In this document: positions 27,980 to 37,640 of the stretch, piece after piece | Position numbering within the stretch: the first letter of the stretch is position 1 | How the letters are laid out: each line of letters opens with the position of its first letter | Assembly: GCA_964428015.1 (NCBI GenBank) | Contig: CAYRWR010000008.1 | Span: 8,916 to 72,915 of the forward strand | Source of the DNA: an uncultured Brevinematales bacterium | GTDB lineage: Bacteria; Spirochaetota; Brevinematia; Brevinematales; CAYRWR01 | Reading direction: 5' to 3' | Length of the DNA: 64,000 nt | Notes under the pieces: generated by a model | The model's input: the letters and a program-made list of their open reading frames with translations, nothing else | Database searches by the model: none | What the model was told of the DNA's origin: nothing | Position numbers and translations under genes: made by a program

Positions 27980-29434
27980 ATGCCGGGTCCGGAAAAAGTG
28001 AATGAATTTAAATTCGATATTGTTGATAATAAGGCCACGGAACAGGTTATTACCCGGCTCAGGCAGATCCTGGAGCAAAGCGGAAAAAGCTTCATGCTGG
28101 AAGAGGTCATCTTTTTTATCCGTGAATTGCTCACCAATGCCAATAAAGCCAACCTGAAAAAGGTTCATTTTTTGGTCAACGGCCTGGATATTTATAATGC
28201 TGAACATTATAAAAAGGGTATGGAATCCTTTGTAAAGGATTTCCATGAAAAACTTCAGGAATATCAGGATCATATCCGGCAGGATTCTTTTTATACCCGG
28301 GTACAGCTGGAGGAAGAAGAAGAGGTTCTGGTAGTCAAGGTCCGTAATAGCGGGGAACTGACCCGCCAGGAAACCAGCCGTATTGATAACCTGATCGAAA
28401 AATCACGGGCTATTCGGGATATCGCCCAGGCCTATATGATGCTGGCGGATGATTCCGAAGGGGCTGGTTTGGGTACCATCTCTATTATGCTGATGCTGCG
28501 CTCTCTGGGGCTGGATGAGTCCATGTACAGCTTTTTCTCTGATCCCATACGTAAAGAAACTATTTTTGCCATTAAAGTCCCCTATAACAGCGTAACAGTG
28601 AAACAGGCAGAAGAGATTTCTGACCTGATATTCAAAGAAATCGACACATTGCCTGTCTTCCCGGAAAATCTGGCTCAGCTCCAAAAGCTCCTATCCAATC
28701 CGGAGGTACATCTCCAGGATGTGGCCCAGGTCATAGAAAAGGACTTTACTTTGTCAACAGAGATACTGAAAATAGTAAACTCAGCCCAGTATATGCTGCC
28801 CAACAAGGTCAGCAGTATCAATAACGCGGTCTCCCTGATGGGGATCAAAGGGTTGAATAACCTGCTGTTTTCAGTGGGAGCACAGAAAGCTATGGATAAA
28901 AAATACGGCAGATTGGAGCCGTTGTGGGAGCATTCCTATCGTTGTGCCTCTTATGCCTATAATATCGCTAAAAAGTTTAAGATGGCGGCAAAAGCCGATG
29001 ATGCCTATATCGGAGGTATCCTTCATGATGTAGGTAAGATACTGGTCTCCCATCTCTTTCCGCATCTGCTGGATACTATCAACAAACATTGCCGGGATAA
29101 AGGTTACGGTAATACCCTCATGGAAAATCTGGCTATTGGTGGAGCGCATGACAAGATTGGAGAAGAGATCACCCGGCGTTGGAATTTCCCGGAGATTATT
29201 ACCGACATGATCGGTTATCATCATAAACCTCTGCTGGCTTCGGAGGAAAACCAGGATCTGGTGGATATAGTTTACCTGGCTAATATCCTGTCTCATGTTC
29301 ATGACCGTGAATTTTTGTTTGCCGCAATGGAGCCATCCATCCAGGAAAAATTCCAGCTTAAGTCAGAAGCCGATGCTTTGGCCCTGGAAGATTTTCTCAA
29401 TACCAGCTATAAAAAACAGCAGCTCAAACAGTAG
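27980..29434 (+). CDS. HDOD-domain signalling protein with N-terminal HATPase/anti-sigma-kinase-like region
   Basis: SD GGAGG. N-terminus ELLTNANKANLKK...GAGLGTISIMLMLRSLG (GHKL-like N and G boxes). C-terminal HDOD: LPVFPENLAQLQKLLSNPEVHLQDVAQVIEKDFTLSTEILKIVNSAQY...GILHDVGKIL...GGAHDKIGEEITRRWNFPE. Confidence 0.8.
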   Translation: MPGPEKVNEFKFDIVDNKATEQVITRLRQILEQSGKSFMLEEVIFFIRELLTNANKANLKKVHFLVNGLDIYNAEHYKKGMESFVKDFHEKLQEYQDHIRQDSFYTRVQLEEEEEVLVVKVRNSGELTRQETSRIDNLIEKSRAIRDIAQAYMMLADDSEGAGLGTISIMLMLRSLGLDESMYSFFSDPIRKETIFAIKVPYNSVTVKQAEEISDLIFKEIDTLPVFPENLAQLQKLLSNPEVHLQDVAQVIEKDFTLSTEILKIVNSAQYMLPNKVSSINNAVSLMGIKGLNNLLFSVGAQKAMDKKYGRLEPLWEHSYRCASYAYNIAKKFKMAAKADDAYIGGILHDVGKILVSHLFPHLLDTINKHCRDKGYGNTLMENLAIGGAHDKIGEEITRRWNFPEIITDMIGYHHKPLLASEENQDLVDIVYLANILSHVHDREFLFAAMEPSIQEKFQLKSEADALALEDFLNTSYKKQQLKQ

Positions 29435-29681
29435 GATAAAATTTCTCCAGGATAATACAGTCTGGAATATTTTTTTCACCGGGATTTTCCATCGAAGAAA
29501 AATAGGGGAAAGACAATTTGTATCACATTTGAAAAAATATAACGGGGACTTGTTTTATCTCTAATTCCGAGTTATATTTAGTCATATAAACATAGAAATA
29601 ATCTATGAATTAAAAATTTTGATTTTTTTGGATATCTACTGGACAATATGATAGTATTTGCATAATGCGGGTGGTAAAATA

Positions 29682-31574
29682 ATGGCAGTCCCTGATCACT
29701 TAAAGAAAAAGCTGGGTGTGGAAAGACTTAATCTGGACAAAAAATCTGAAATGTTTACCAAATTCCGTAAAGTAGGCGGTAAAATCGTCGAAGTAGAGGA
29801 AGATGAAGCCGCGGCTAAAGCCCGTAAACTTCAGACAGCTATTTCAGGGATTGAAGTGGAATTTGAGGATGATCTGGATCCTGCAGAAAAAAAACGGCTG
29901 GAATCAGCAGAACGTGTCAAACAGAAGATGAATAAATATGGTGTGAGCAGCGGCGGATCCGCTACTGTTTCAGCCGGTGATGTAGAAGATACGGAACGTC
30001 AGGGAAAGGGTAAAAAATCTTCCAATCGGTTTAATGTCCTCATGGCCAGGCTGATGTGTAAACTCTACGGTGCCTTACGCTTCTTCGGGAATAAATACTC
30101 CAGAACTTTTCTGTATATATTATCAGACCGCATGAAAGAAATAGTCCAATATGGGAAGCGCATTCTTTCCTCCCTTCTATATCAGGATGAAGAATTTTCC
30201 CGAAGCCTGAAAGAAAGACTGGATGGTTTGGGGTTACAGTATCATTATGAACTGGTATTCAGATTCTTTCATCTGTTGGATGATGCTGATGTGGCCAATC
30301 TGGAAAAAATCAAAACCTATAATGCCGGACAGGTCAATAAAGGCAAACCTGCCGTCATTAAAGTATATAAACAGCTCCTGATACTGAAAAGGCATGTGGG
30401 TATGCTCAAAGATGCTCTGCAAAAAGCTATGCGCATCGAAGCTGAAATTCGAAAGTTGCGTCAGGATGTATACGTAAATAATCTGCGAGTCCTTTATAAA
30501 AACATCGACTTTTTATATCAGACCGTCTTTCCCCGTCTTCAGTTACTGGTGGAATACTTCTACAAGGATGAACAGTCCAAGGGTTATAGACACCGTTTTT
30601 CTGAGTATATCGGATTTACAGATAATGACAGGATAGGGTACTACTCTCAGCAGTGGAAAGAACAGGAAGAAGCCGAAAAAAAGAAAAAAGAACTGGAAGA
30701 AGCTCAGGCTCAGGAAGAGAAGAAAAATGAACAGGCAGCTTCTGAAGACGTCCTGGATAATATAGATATGATGGAAGGAGTGCCTGAAGCCGCCCGTGAA
30801 GGCCTCAGAATCATATACAAATTTCTTGATTTTGATGAAGCTGTGGTGGCCATCCAGGAAGAGATTGATAAAAAGCAGTTTTTCAGAATGGATGATAAAG
30901 TTTTCCTGATGCACTCAGTCCTGGATTTCTTTGATAAACAATTCTCTTTTCTTTTTGCTACCAATCTGGTACAGTATAATATGTTTATGGATGGGGGCGG
31001 CAAGAGAGTGGATCTCAAAAGCACCTTCCGCGACCTGTATTACAAGATCAACTCCATTTATCAACGGACCAGGGAATATGTGGAATATTTGGGAGAATAC
31101 CGCAAGTATTCCCGGGCTACAAATATGCTGATCTCAAAAAATGATCCTGAAGTCCAGCGAATTCAGCGCAATCTGGTAAGGGTGCAGAGGCTGATTCATA
31201 CCGAGACTAAACAGCTCATGGAAAAGTTTTCCCAGCTGCTCTTTGTATTGATCACCGATATGAAGTCACACAAAAAGATTCTGAACAATGCCGATGAGAA
31301 AGTACATGTGGACCACAGGCTTAATACCAAGGGGCTGTTTACCGACAAAACCATTGGGGATGTGTTGGAAATGTCCTATTATGTCAGTACCGGGATACAG
31401 TTCCTGTTGGCTGACGGAGATCTGATGTGTGACTCACTGGAGCTGCATCATCCCTTATATCTAAAGATCGTCACTTTGGGAATGGAAGAAGAAACACAAA
31501 CGGATATTCCGGCCACCGGACCTACCATTCCTCCTTCCGGGCGTCCTTCTGGCCCTTCAGGGACCCAGGGCTAA
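29682..31574 (+). CDS. hypothetical 631-aa protein, charged/coiled-coil rich, Pro-rich C-terminus
   Basis: ATG 29682 (the track ORF starts at TTG 29658). No recognisable motif. EEAEKKKKELEEAQAQEEKKNEQ coiled-coil segment. Ends ...PATGPTIPPSGRPSGPSGTQG. Stop lies 3 nt before the next gene. Confidence 0.6.
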   Translation: MAVPDHLKKKLGVERLNLDKKSEMFTKFRKVGGKIVEVEEDEAAAKARKLQTAISGIEVEFEDDLDPAEKKRLESAERVKQKMNKYGVSSGGSATVSAGDVEDTERQGKGKKSSNRFNVLMARLMCKLYGALRFFGNKYSRTFLYILSDRMKEIVQYGKRILSSLLYQDEEFSRSLKERLDGLGLQYHYELVFRFFHLLDDADVANLEKIKTYNAGQVNKGKPAVIKVYKQLLILKRHVGMLKDALQKAMRIEAEIRKLRQDVYVNNLRVLYKNIDFLYQTVFPRLQLLVEYFYKDEQSKGYRHRFSEYIGFTDNDRIGYYSQQWKEQEEAEKKKKELEEAQAQEEKKNEQAASEDVLDNIDMMEGVPEAAREGLRIIYKFLDFDEAVVAIQEEIDKKQFFRMDDKVFLMHSVLDFFDKQFSFLFATNLVQYNMFMDGGGKRVDLKSTFRDLYYKINSIYQRTREYVEYLGEYRKYSRATNMLISKNDPEVQRIQRNLVRVQRLIHTETKQLMEKFSQLLFVLITDMKSHKKILNNADEKVHVDHRLNTKGLFTDKTIGDVLEMSYYVSTGIQFLLADGDLMCDSLELHHPLYLKIVTLGMEEETQTDIPATGPTIPPSGRPSGPSGTQG

Positions 31575-31577
31575 CTG

Positions 31578-33275
31578 GTGCACAGACTCCGCACTCTTCT
31601 TTCCCGTTTTCATAACAATTCTTACCATCTTTATAAAAATTTGACTGAAACCTTTCTTTTTGAGAATTTTGATTTACACTTTGACCGGATTCAAGCGGAT
31701 CCTTTTGCTCCTCCTTCCCAATTGACCATCAGAATAGCACTAAAACAGACTGGATTCTCCCCTGATTTCTATCTAAACCAGCACCGCAGTACCGCGTTCC
31801 GGGATTTTTTAGCCCGGACATTGGCCCGTTCCATACGCAAGCTGACCAAAGGCGGGGGAGGCAGCGGAAATGGAGGGGTCTGGGCCATCAATTACGGCAG
31901 ACAAAAAATATTAGACCGTAATAGCGTCGCAGTAGAAGGTGAGCATCTGGTGGTAAGATTGATGGCTGGTCTACCTGGTCAGGGCCGTAAAATTGACGGG
32001 CGTCTGGCAGAAGAGATGCTGCTCCGTGAATTACCCGGATTGGTACAGGATGCCTTGTCCTGGAAGAGTGCTGACCAGGCGGGACTGCAGGATGTTATCC
32101 ATTTAGCGGATGAACAGCAATTCCTGCGCAGGCAGCTGCGGGAAAAAGACCTGTTGTGCTTTATCGCTGATGGTTCTGTTCTGCCCAGGGATAGCGGTGT
32201 CACGGACACGCCTTTGCCGGATGCAGTGCCTTTTGTCAGCCCGAAAGAGCTGAGCTGTGAAATGGATCTACCGGATGGAAAAATGATAAAAGGGATGGGT
32301 TTACCCCGTGGAATAGTCCTAATTACAGGTGGTGCCTACCATGGCAAGTCCACTTTACTCCGGACCATCCAGGACGGTATCTATGACCACATCCGGGGCG
32401 ACGGCCGCGAATATGTGGTGTCCAGTCCGGACCTGGTCAAGGTAAGGGCTGAAGACGGACGAGCTGTAAATAATCTGGATATCTCACCCTTTATCGGTGA
32501 ATTACCCGGAGGAAAATCCACCCAGGCATTTAATACCGAAAATGCCAGCGGATCTACCTCTCAGGCCGCTGCAATTATAGAAGCTATGCAAATGGGATGC
32601 CGTTGTCTGCTCATGGATGAGGATAGTTCTGCTACCAATCTCTTGATTCGTGACCGGAAAATGAGGGCTCTCATACCGGAGAAACTGGAACCGGTCACAC
32701 CTTATCTGGATCTGGCAGTTTCGCTGCGTGATAAAAAGAAGGTCTCCACGATTATAGCTTTGGGGGGTAACGGGGATTTTCTGGATATAGCGGATACAGT
32801 AATTATTATGGAAGAATACCGGGCAGTTTTTGGTAATGAAGCCGCCAGCCGGGTAGTCAAACAATATCCCCGTATGTCACCGGATCTGGAATGGAAGGAA
32901 AGTGGGGGATATAATCGTCAGGTTGAGGATTTTGATCCCAGCCGGCGTAAACGCGCAGTAAGTGTGGAACGAACAGAGACAGGTTTTGAATTAGGCAAGG
33001 ATAGGGCTGAATTAAGGTATTATGAACATATCACAGATGTGACTCAATACGATACCCTGTCGTATTGCCTGGTATATGCCCGGCAGCAGGGCTATTTTAG
33101 TAAATTTGATGGATTACAGCCTGTTATGGAGAAGGTTATAGCTGATATCAGGGAATCCGGCTGGCAGGTGTTGTATCAGGGCATCTACCCTCACTGGAAC
33201 TACTGCTGTCAGGTACGTCCTATGGATATCGCAGCGGCCCTCAACCGTCTAAGAAAAGTAAAATGGGTCCGGTGA
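31578..33275 (+). CDS. ABC-class ATPase of unknown function (COG3044 / ABC_ATPase family)
   Basis: GTG start. N-terminus ...YHLYKNL...FDLHFDRIQADPFAPPSQLTIRI is the family hallmark. Walker A GGAYHGKSTLL. LLMDEDSSATNLL Walker B-like motif. Confidence 0.8.
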   Translation: MHRLRTLLSRFHNNSYHLYKNLTETFLFENFDLHFDRIQADPFAPPSQLTIRIALKQTGFSPDFYLNQHRSTAFRDFLARTLARSIRKLTKGGGGSGNGGVWAINYGRQKILDRNSVAVEGEHLVVRLMAGLPGQGRKIDGRLAEEMLLRELPGLVQDALSWKSADQAGLQDVIHLADEQQFLRRQLREKDLLCFIADGSVLPRDSGVTDTPLPDAVPFVSPKELSCEMDLPDGKMIKGMGLPRGIVLITGGAYHGKSTLLRTIQDGIYDHIRGDGREYVVSSPDLVKVRAEDGRAVNNLDISPFIGELPGGKSTQAFNTENASGSTSQAAAIIEAMQMGCRCLLMDEDSSATNLLIRDRKMRALIPEKLEPVTPYLDLAVSLRDKKKVSTIIALGGNGDFLDIADTVIIMEEYRAVFGNEAASRVVKQYPRMSPDLEWKESGGYNRQVEDFDPSRRKRAVSVERTETGFELGKDRAELRYYEHITDVTQYDTLSYCLVYARQQGYFSKFDGLQPVMEKVIADIRESGWQVLYQGIYPHWNYCCQVRPMDIAAALNRLRKVKWVR

Positions 33276-33279
33276 CGGA

Positions 33280-34257
33280 ATGTCTGATTGGGTGAAAATC
33301 CTGAATACCTATGGTGCAAGACGGGAACCCTGTCTGTTTGTGCTGGATTATGAATTATTGTCCCCCCGTATCTACCCTTTATCTGAATTAAACCGGGAAG
33401 ATATATATTATATTCTGCCTTCCGGTGGAAACGCCACCGGTCAGACTTTAAATCACAATTTTAGTTTTAAAAAATATCCCGTAGCCCCGGAAATTTATCA
33501 GTACTCTTTTGATCAAGTGAAAGAAGAATTTATAAAGGGCAACACCTTTCTTTTGAACCTGAGTTTTCCTACTCCAGTAGAATGTGATCTGACGCTGCGT
33601 GAAATTTTTCAGGCCAGTCAGGCACCTTACCGCCTGCTGTTTAGGGATGAATTTGTGGTATTTTCACCTGAAAGTTTTGTGCGAATACAGAACGATACCA
33701 TTTCTACTTTTCCCATGAAGGGTACCATTGACGAGGGACTGCCTCATGCCCGCAAACAGCTCCTGGATGACCCTAAAGAACTAGCCGAGCACACCGCCAT
33801 AGTGGATCTCCTGCGTAATGATCTCAGCAGGGTAGCCCGAAATGTCCGGGTCCCGCGCTTCCGGTATATAGAAGCCATTAACGCTATGGATAAAACCCTG
33901 CTTCAGGCCAGCTCCGAGATCAGGGGAGACCTGGCGCCGGACTGGAGGGACCGCTTGGGTGATATATTTGCGGAACTTCTGCCGGCGGGATCAATTAGCG
34001 GTACTCCCAAGATCAGTACCTGTGCAATTATTTCAAGGGTAGAAAATTACCGGAGGGGATACTTTAGCGGTGTGTTTGGGGTATTTGACGGGGAGAGTGT
34101 AGACAGTGGAGTGATGATACGCTACCTGGAACGTCAGAATCAACAACTGGTATTTAAAAGCGGAGGCGGACTGATGGTGTACAGTGAATGGGAAAAGGAA
34201 TACCGGGAAATGCTGGAGAAGGTCTATGTACCGATTTTTAGAAACCATTCGATGTAA
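33280..34257 (+). CDS. pabB: aminodeoxychorismate synthase component I (short chorismate-binding enzyme)
   Basis: 325 aa. FPMKGTI...ELAEHTAIVDLLRNDLSRVA...LPAGSISGTPK...RGYFSGVFGVFDG...DSGVMIR are the chorismate-utilising enzyme motifs. Confidence 0.8.
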   Translation: MSDWVKILNTYGARREPCLFVLDYELLSPRIYPLSELNREDIYYILPSGGNATGQTLNHNFSFKKYPVAPEIYQYSFDQVKEEFIKGNTFLLNLSFPTPVECDLTLREIFQASQAPYRLLFRDEFVVFSPESFVRIQNDTISTFPMKGTIDEGLPHARKQLLDDPKELAEHTAIVDLLRNDLSRVARNVRVPRFRYIEAINAMDKTLLQASSEIRGDLAPDWRDRLGDIFAELLPAGSISGTPKISTCAIISRVENYRRGYFSGVFGVFDGESVDSGVMIRYLERQNQQLVFKSGGGLMVYSEWEKEYREMLEKVYVPIFRNHSM

Positions 34258-34822
34258 AGACGGGGTGTTTCAAGCACTGGATCTGCACCAATCCCGCCTG
34301 GATAGGACATTTTCTGAAGTGTGGGGGCAGTCAGCTCCCTGGAAAATCTCCCACATGCTTCCTCTAGTCCCTCCTGTAGGGCTTTTTAAGTGTTCTCTGA
34401 GATATGATAGAGAAAATCTGGATTGGAGAGTTATACCTTATTTGCGTCAGGACATTTCAGCCTTAAAGATAAAAGAAGCACCCCATCTCGATTATCACCT
34501 CAAATACAGCGACCGGGGGGCTTTGGAGGCTTTGCGCGGAGAACTTTTACCTGGTCAGGAAGTTTTAATCACTCAAAAGGGATTTTTGACAGATACCACG
34601 TTTTGCAATATTGCTCTCTTTAACGGACATAGTTGGATTACACCACGGCACTGCCTGCTGGCAGGCACCCAGAGAGAAACCTTGCTGAAACAGGGAGTAG
34701 TGCAGGCTGGTGATATTTCTGTGCAGGACATCTGCCATTTTCAAAAAATAGCTTTGTTCAATGCCTTAATGATCTGGGATGAAAGGATTGAACTGGATAC
34801 CGAACGCATCAGTCTGGATTAA
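34226..34822 (+). CDS. pabC: aminodeoxychorismate lyase-like (fold-type IV PLP enzyme)
   Basis: ATG 34226 gives MYRFLETIRCKDGVFQALDLHQSRL, typical of short PabC, and overlaps pabB by 32 nt. ...GFLTDTTFCNIALFNG...TPRHCLLAGTQR. The track ORF starts earlier at 34184. Confidence 0.65.
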   Translation: MYRFLETIRCKDGVFQALDLHQSRLDRTFSEVWGQSAPWKISHMLPLVPPVGLFKCSLRYDRENLDWRVIPYLRQDISALKIKEAPHLDYHLKYSDRGALEALRGELLPGQEVLITQKGFLTDTTFCNIALFNGHSWITPRHCLLAGTQRETLLKQGVVQAGDISVQDICHFQKIALFNALMIWDERIELDTERISLD

Positions 34823-34989
34823 GATACATTTTTAACCCATTTGATGCACTAAAATGCCTAATATTTAATCATATAAATCAGGTGTGATTGTAAATCGTTC
34901 AATTATTCTCCGTAATTTCTTATCCAAAGCGCTGTACAATATTTTTAATTGTATATATATAAAAGAATTAGAAAATATTCTTATATAGT

Positions 34990-35005
34990 TGGCACAGCTT
35001 TTGCA
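34990..35005 (+). promoter_or_regulatory. sigma-54 (-24/-12) promoter
   Basis: TGGCAC-AGCTT-TTGCA is an exact match to TGGCAC-N5-TTGCW. It lies in an AT-rich intergenic region and is the only such match I found on either strand. Confidence 0.55.
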
Positions 35006-35014
35006 ATATATAAT

Positions 35015-35137
35015 ATGAATATGAGAAAAGGAGGATTTGTTAAAAAATCCGGTTCTCAAGGAGGCATTGATGGTTCTGTGTTCTACCGTCCCTGCCATCG
35101 TAAGAAAACAATGACAGGGTACAGTTCCTGGTTTTAA
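35015..35137 (+). other. mini-transcript downstream of the sigma-54 promoter: small basic ORF (38-40 codons) or sRNA
   Basis: The predicted start site falls near 35015-35017, at ATGAATATG. The reading frame gives M(NM)RKGGFVKKSGSQGGIDGSVFYRPCHRKKTMTGYSSWF*. Two AAGGAGG motifs lie inside it; the second sits 5 nt before an alternative 14-codon ORF (35070-35114). An intrinsic terminator starts 3 nt after the stop. Confidence 0.3.
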
Positions 35138-35139
35138 AA

Positions 35140-35176
35140 ATGCCGGCTCTCACCGGCCGGCTGTTTTCATTTTTTT
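35140..35176 (+). terminator. rho-independent terminator of the mini-transcript
   Basis: GCCGGC (35142-35147)/GCCGGC (35156-35161) stem followed by TGTTTTCATTTTTTT. Confidence 0.55.
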
Positions 35177-35216
35177 CAAAGACACACCTCCCAAAGAAAA
35201 CGCACCTCCAAATCAA

Positions 35217-35250
35217 AGAAAAGGGGACGCCTTCAGGCGCCCCCCTTTTC
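35217..35250. terminator. bidirectional terminator (serves the GH31 gene on the minus strand)
   Basis: GGGGACGCC-TTCA-GGCGCCCC hairpin (35223-35245) flanked by an A-run and a T-run, 16 nt from the GH31 stop at 35266. Confidence 0.75.
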
Positions 35251-35265
35251 TATTTATGCCGTAAA

Positions 35266-37626
35266 TTAAAATTTTATTGTAGCTTTATCATCCTTTACCG
35301 GAAACTCTTTGTCTTTAAAGACCACTCTGTTGACCTGAGCCGGGACATGCAGCACCAGTGCCGGATGGGGCTGGGCCTTTCCCTCGGACAGCGATACTTC
35401 CAGATAAAGTGAATCACCTGAGAGACTGGTTTTGTATTGCCACAGGGAAAAATTGCCTGCCTGGTATCCCAGGCTGATGGTGTCATCCTGATAGCGCAAG
35501 CCTACTGCTTGTCCTTTTTCATCCGGCTGTATCCACAGGCCTATGACACTGTCGGATTTGATATTCATGGTGGAATCATGATCCTGCTCATAAACCGGGA
35601 TTATAGAGCCAGCGCGAAGGTATACCGGAATATCTTCCAGGGTAATGACCTGATCCATTGTACCCTGATAATACTTACCGTCCCTCAGGCTTTTCCAGCT
35701 GCCGGCTGGCAGAGTGACAGTCAGGGTGTCGGATTTTTTCAGGGGCTGCAGGATAGGTGCTACCAGAATATCCCGTCCCAGCAGGAATTCCTGATCTATA
35801 TCCAGGAAATCCCGGCCGTATTCCAGCCACAGGGGTCTTACCATAGGCAGTCCGGAGGTATGGCTCTGTCTGGCCAGGGTATATATGTAGGGCAGCAGCC
35901 GATAGCGCAGCCGCATATATTTGCGGATGATAGGGAGCTCCTTTTGGAACTGGTAGGGTTCCTGCATGCGGGTACCCTGTTCAGTATGGTCACGCAGGAA
36001 GGGAAGAAATACCCCCAGCTGTATCCAGCGGGTAAACAGTTCGCCATTGGGACTGCCGGTATAGCCGCCCACATCTGCCCCGGAAAAAGGCACACCGGAA
36101 AGTCCCAAATTCAGGGTCATGGACAGATTCATCCCCAGATGTTCCCAACTGGCGGTATTGTCTCCTGTCCAGATAAATGCATAACGCTGCAAGCCGGCAT
36201 AGCCGGAACGGGTGAGCAGAAATACCCTCTGGTCCTTCAGGAGTTTCTGCACTTCGGTATGAGTGGCATTTATCATGGTATGCCCGTATATGTTGTGCAG
36301 ATACTTATGTTCCCGGGGATAGCCCTGGTTGTTTTGAATGACACGGTTGGGGAGGGTTCCATTAGGCCCTGAAAAGACAGAGGGTTCATTCATGTCATTC
36401 CAGAATCCACTGATACCCAGTTTAAGTAGGCGGCTATAATACTTTCCCCACCAGGAGGCGGTCTGTGCGGCAGTAAAATCGGGGAAATAACACATGCCCG
36501 GCCAGACTGCTCCTTTGTAAGGAGAGCCCTTGTACATCACGTAGACCTGTTCCCGAAGACCCTGTTCACAGACATCATAGGCCGGATCAGCTTTGATTCC
36601 TGGGTCTACTATAGCTACTGTCCTGACTCCAAAAGTCTGGAGCTGCTGATTCATCTTTTGGGGCTGGGGATAGGCCTGAGGGTCATAGGTAAAGGACATC
36701 TTGTTGCTCATAAAACCGATATCCAGATAAAGGACATCCAGGGGCAGATCATGGGACCGGAACGCCTGGACTACTTCCATTACCTGGGCCTGATTTGTAT
36801 AGCTGTAGCGGGATTGATGAAAGCCGAATCCATAGAGAGGAGGGAGGTAAGCATGGCCGGTAAGATCAGCGTATTTTCCCAGAATGGCGGGGGTATCACC
36901 TCCCAGCACATGGATCCTGGTATAATAATCGTTGACGGTAATTTCATGGCCCGAAGTTTTGAAATCGTATTCCTGACGGCCGGGATTATCCACCAGCATC
37001 CCGTATTGGTAATCTGTACCCAGTCCCAGGTAGAAAGGGATAGCAGAGTAAATGGGGTCGGTCTCAGAAGTGTATTTATAGGTATCGCTGTTGTATAGAC
37101 CGAATTTGCGGCCGGTCAGTTCAAATTTTCCGGTCTTTTCCCCCAAGCCGAAGACTCTTTCTTTATTAGAGCCACCTAGTATTAAGATCTTTTCTTTATC
37201 TGCCTGATAAAACACCTGGAAACGATGGGTCAGCTTATCTTTCTGGAAACAGCTTAATTCCAGTGCCGAACGGCTGATCTCCCATGTGTTCTCTCCTTGT
37301 CGCAATACCAGGGTGTCTTTTTCCTCCTGCCAGTCTGGTTTTATCCCTGTCAGCGGTGTGACTACCGCGTAAGAGGGATAGGGCGGCAGTTGATTGGTAA
37401 AGGCACATTCCAGGTATAGGTCACCCTGGCCGCTGACCCTGACCCGAGCCAGGGCCTGCTCATATTTAAGCATCAGATCATTGCGGTCATAGGTGATTTC
37501 CAGCAGCCTGCCGCTACTGGTCCAATCCGGTCCGCTGGGTTTGAGGTTGCGTCTGGCCATAGCACAGGCAGCCATGCTGAGTATGCTCAGGCCAGCTGCT
37601 AAAATGATTAAAAAGGTGGGCTTCAT
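35266..37626 (-). CDS. glycoside hydrolase family 31 alpha-glucosidase (lipoprotein/secreted)
   Basis: 786 aa. Signal MKPTFLIILAAGLSILSMAAC. Catalytic region GISGFWNDMNEPS and PFSGADVGGY. SD AGGAG. 14 nt downstream of the LacI-family gene. Confidence 0.9.
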   Translation of the reverse strand: MKPTFLIILAAGLSILSMAACAMARRNLKPSGPDWTSSGRLLEITYDRNDLMLKYEQALARVRVSGQGDLYLECAFTNQLPPYPSYAVVTPLTGIKPDWQEEKDTLVLRQGENTWEISRSALELSCFQKDKLTHRFQVFYQADKEKILILGGSNKERVFGLGEKTGKFELTGRKFGLYNSDTYKYTSETDPIYSAIPFYLGLGTDYQYGMLVDNPGRQEYDFKTSGHEITVNDYYTRIHVLGGDTPAILGKYADLTGHAYLPPLYGFGFHQSRYSYTNQAQVMEVVQAFRSHDLPLDVLYLDIGFMSNKMSFTYDPQAYPQPQKMNQQLQTFGVRTVAIVDPGIKADPAYDVCEQGLREQVYVMYKGSPYKGAVWPGMCYFPDFTAAQTASWWGKYYSRLLKLGISGFWNDMNEPSVFSGPNGTLPNRVIQNNQGYPREHKYLHNIYGHTMINATHTEVQKLLKDQRVFLLTRSGYAGLQRYAFIWTGDNTASWEHLGMNLSMTLNLGLSGVPFSGADVGGYTGSPNGELFTRWIQLGVFLPFLRDHTEQGTRMQEPYQFQKELPIIRKYMRLRYRLLPYIYTLARQSHTSGLPMVRPLWLEYGRDFLDIDQEFLLGRDILVAPILQPLKKSDTLTVTLPAGSWKSLRDGKYYQGTMDQVITLEDIPVYLRAGSIIPVYEQDHDSTMNIKSDSVIGLWIQPDEKGQAVGLRYQDDTISLGYQAGNFSLWQYKTSLSGDSLYLEVSLSEGKAQPHPALVLHVPAQVNRVVFKDKEFPVKDDKATIKF

Positions 37627-37640
37627 TGACTACTCCTGTA

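Noticed and set aside
35437-36372. 311-aa plus-strand ORF
   Set aside because: It lies antisense to the GH31 alpha-glucosidase gene and has no recognisable motif.
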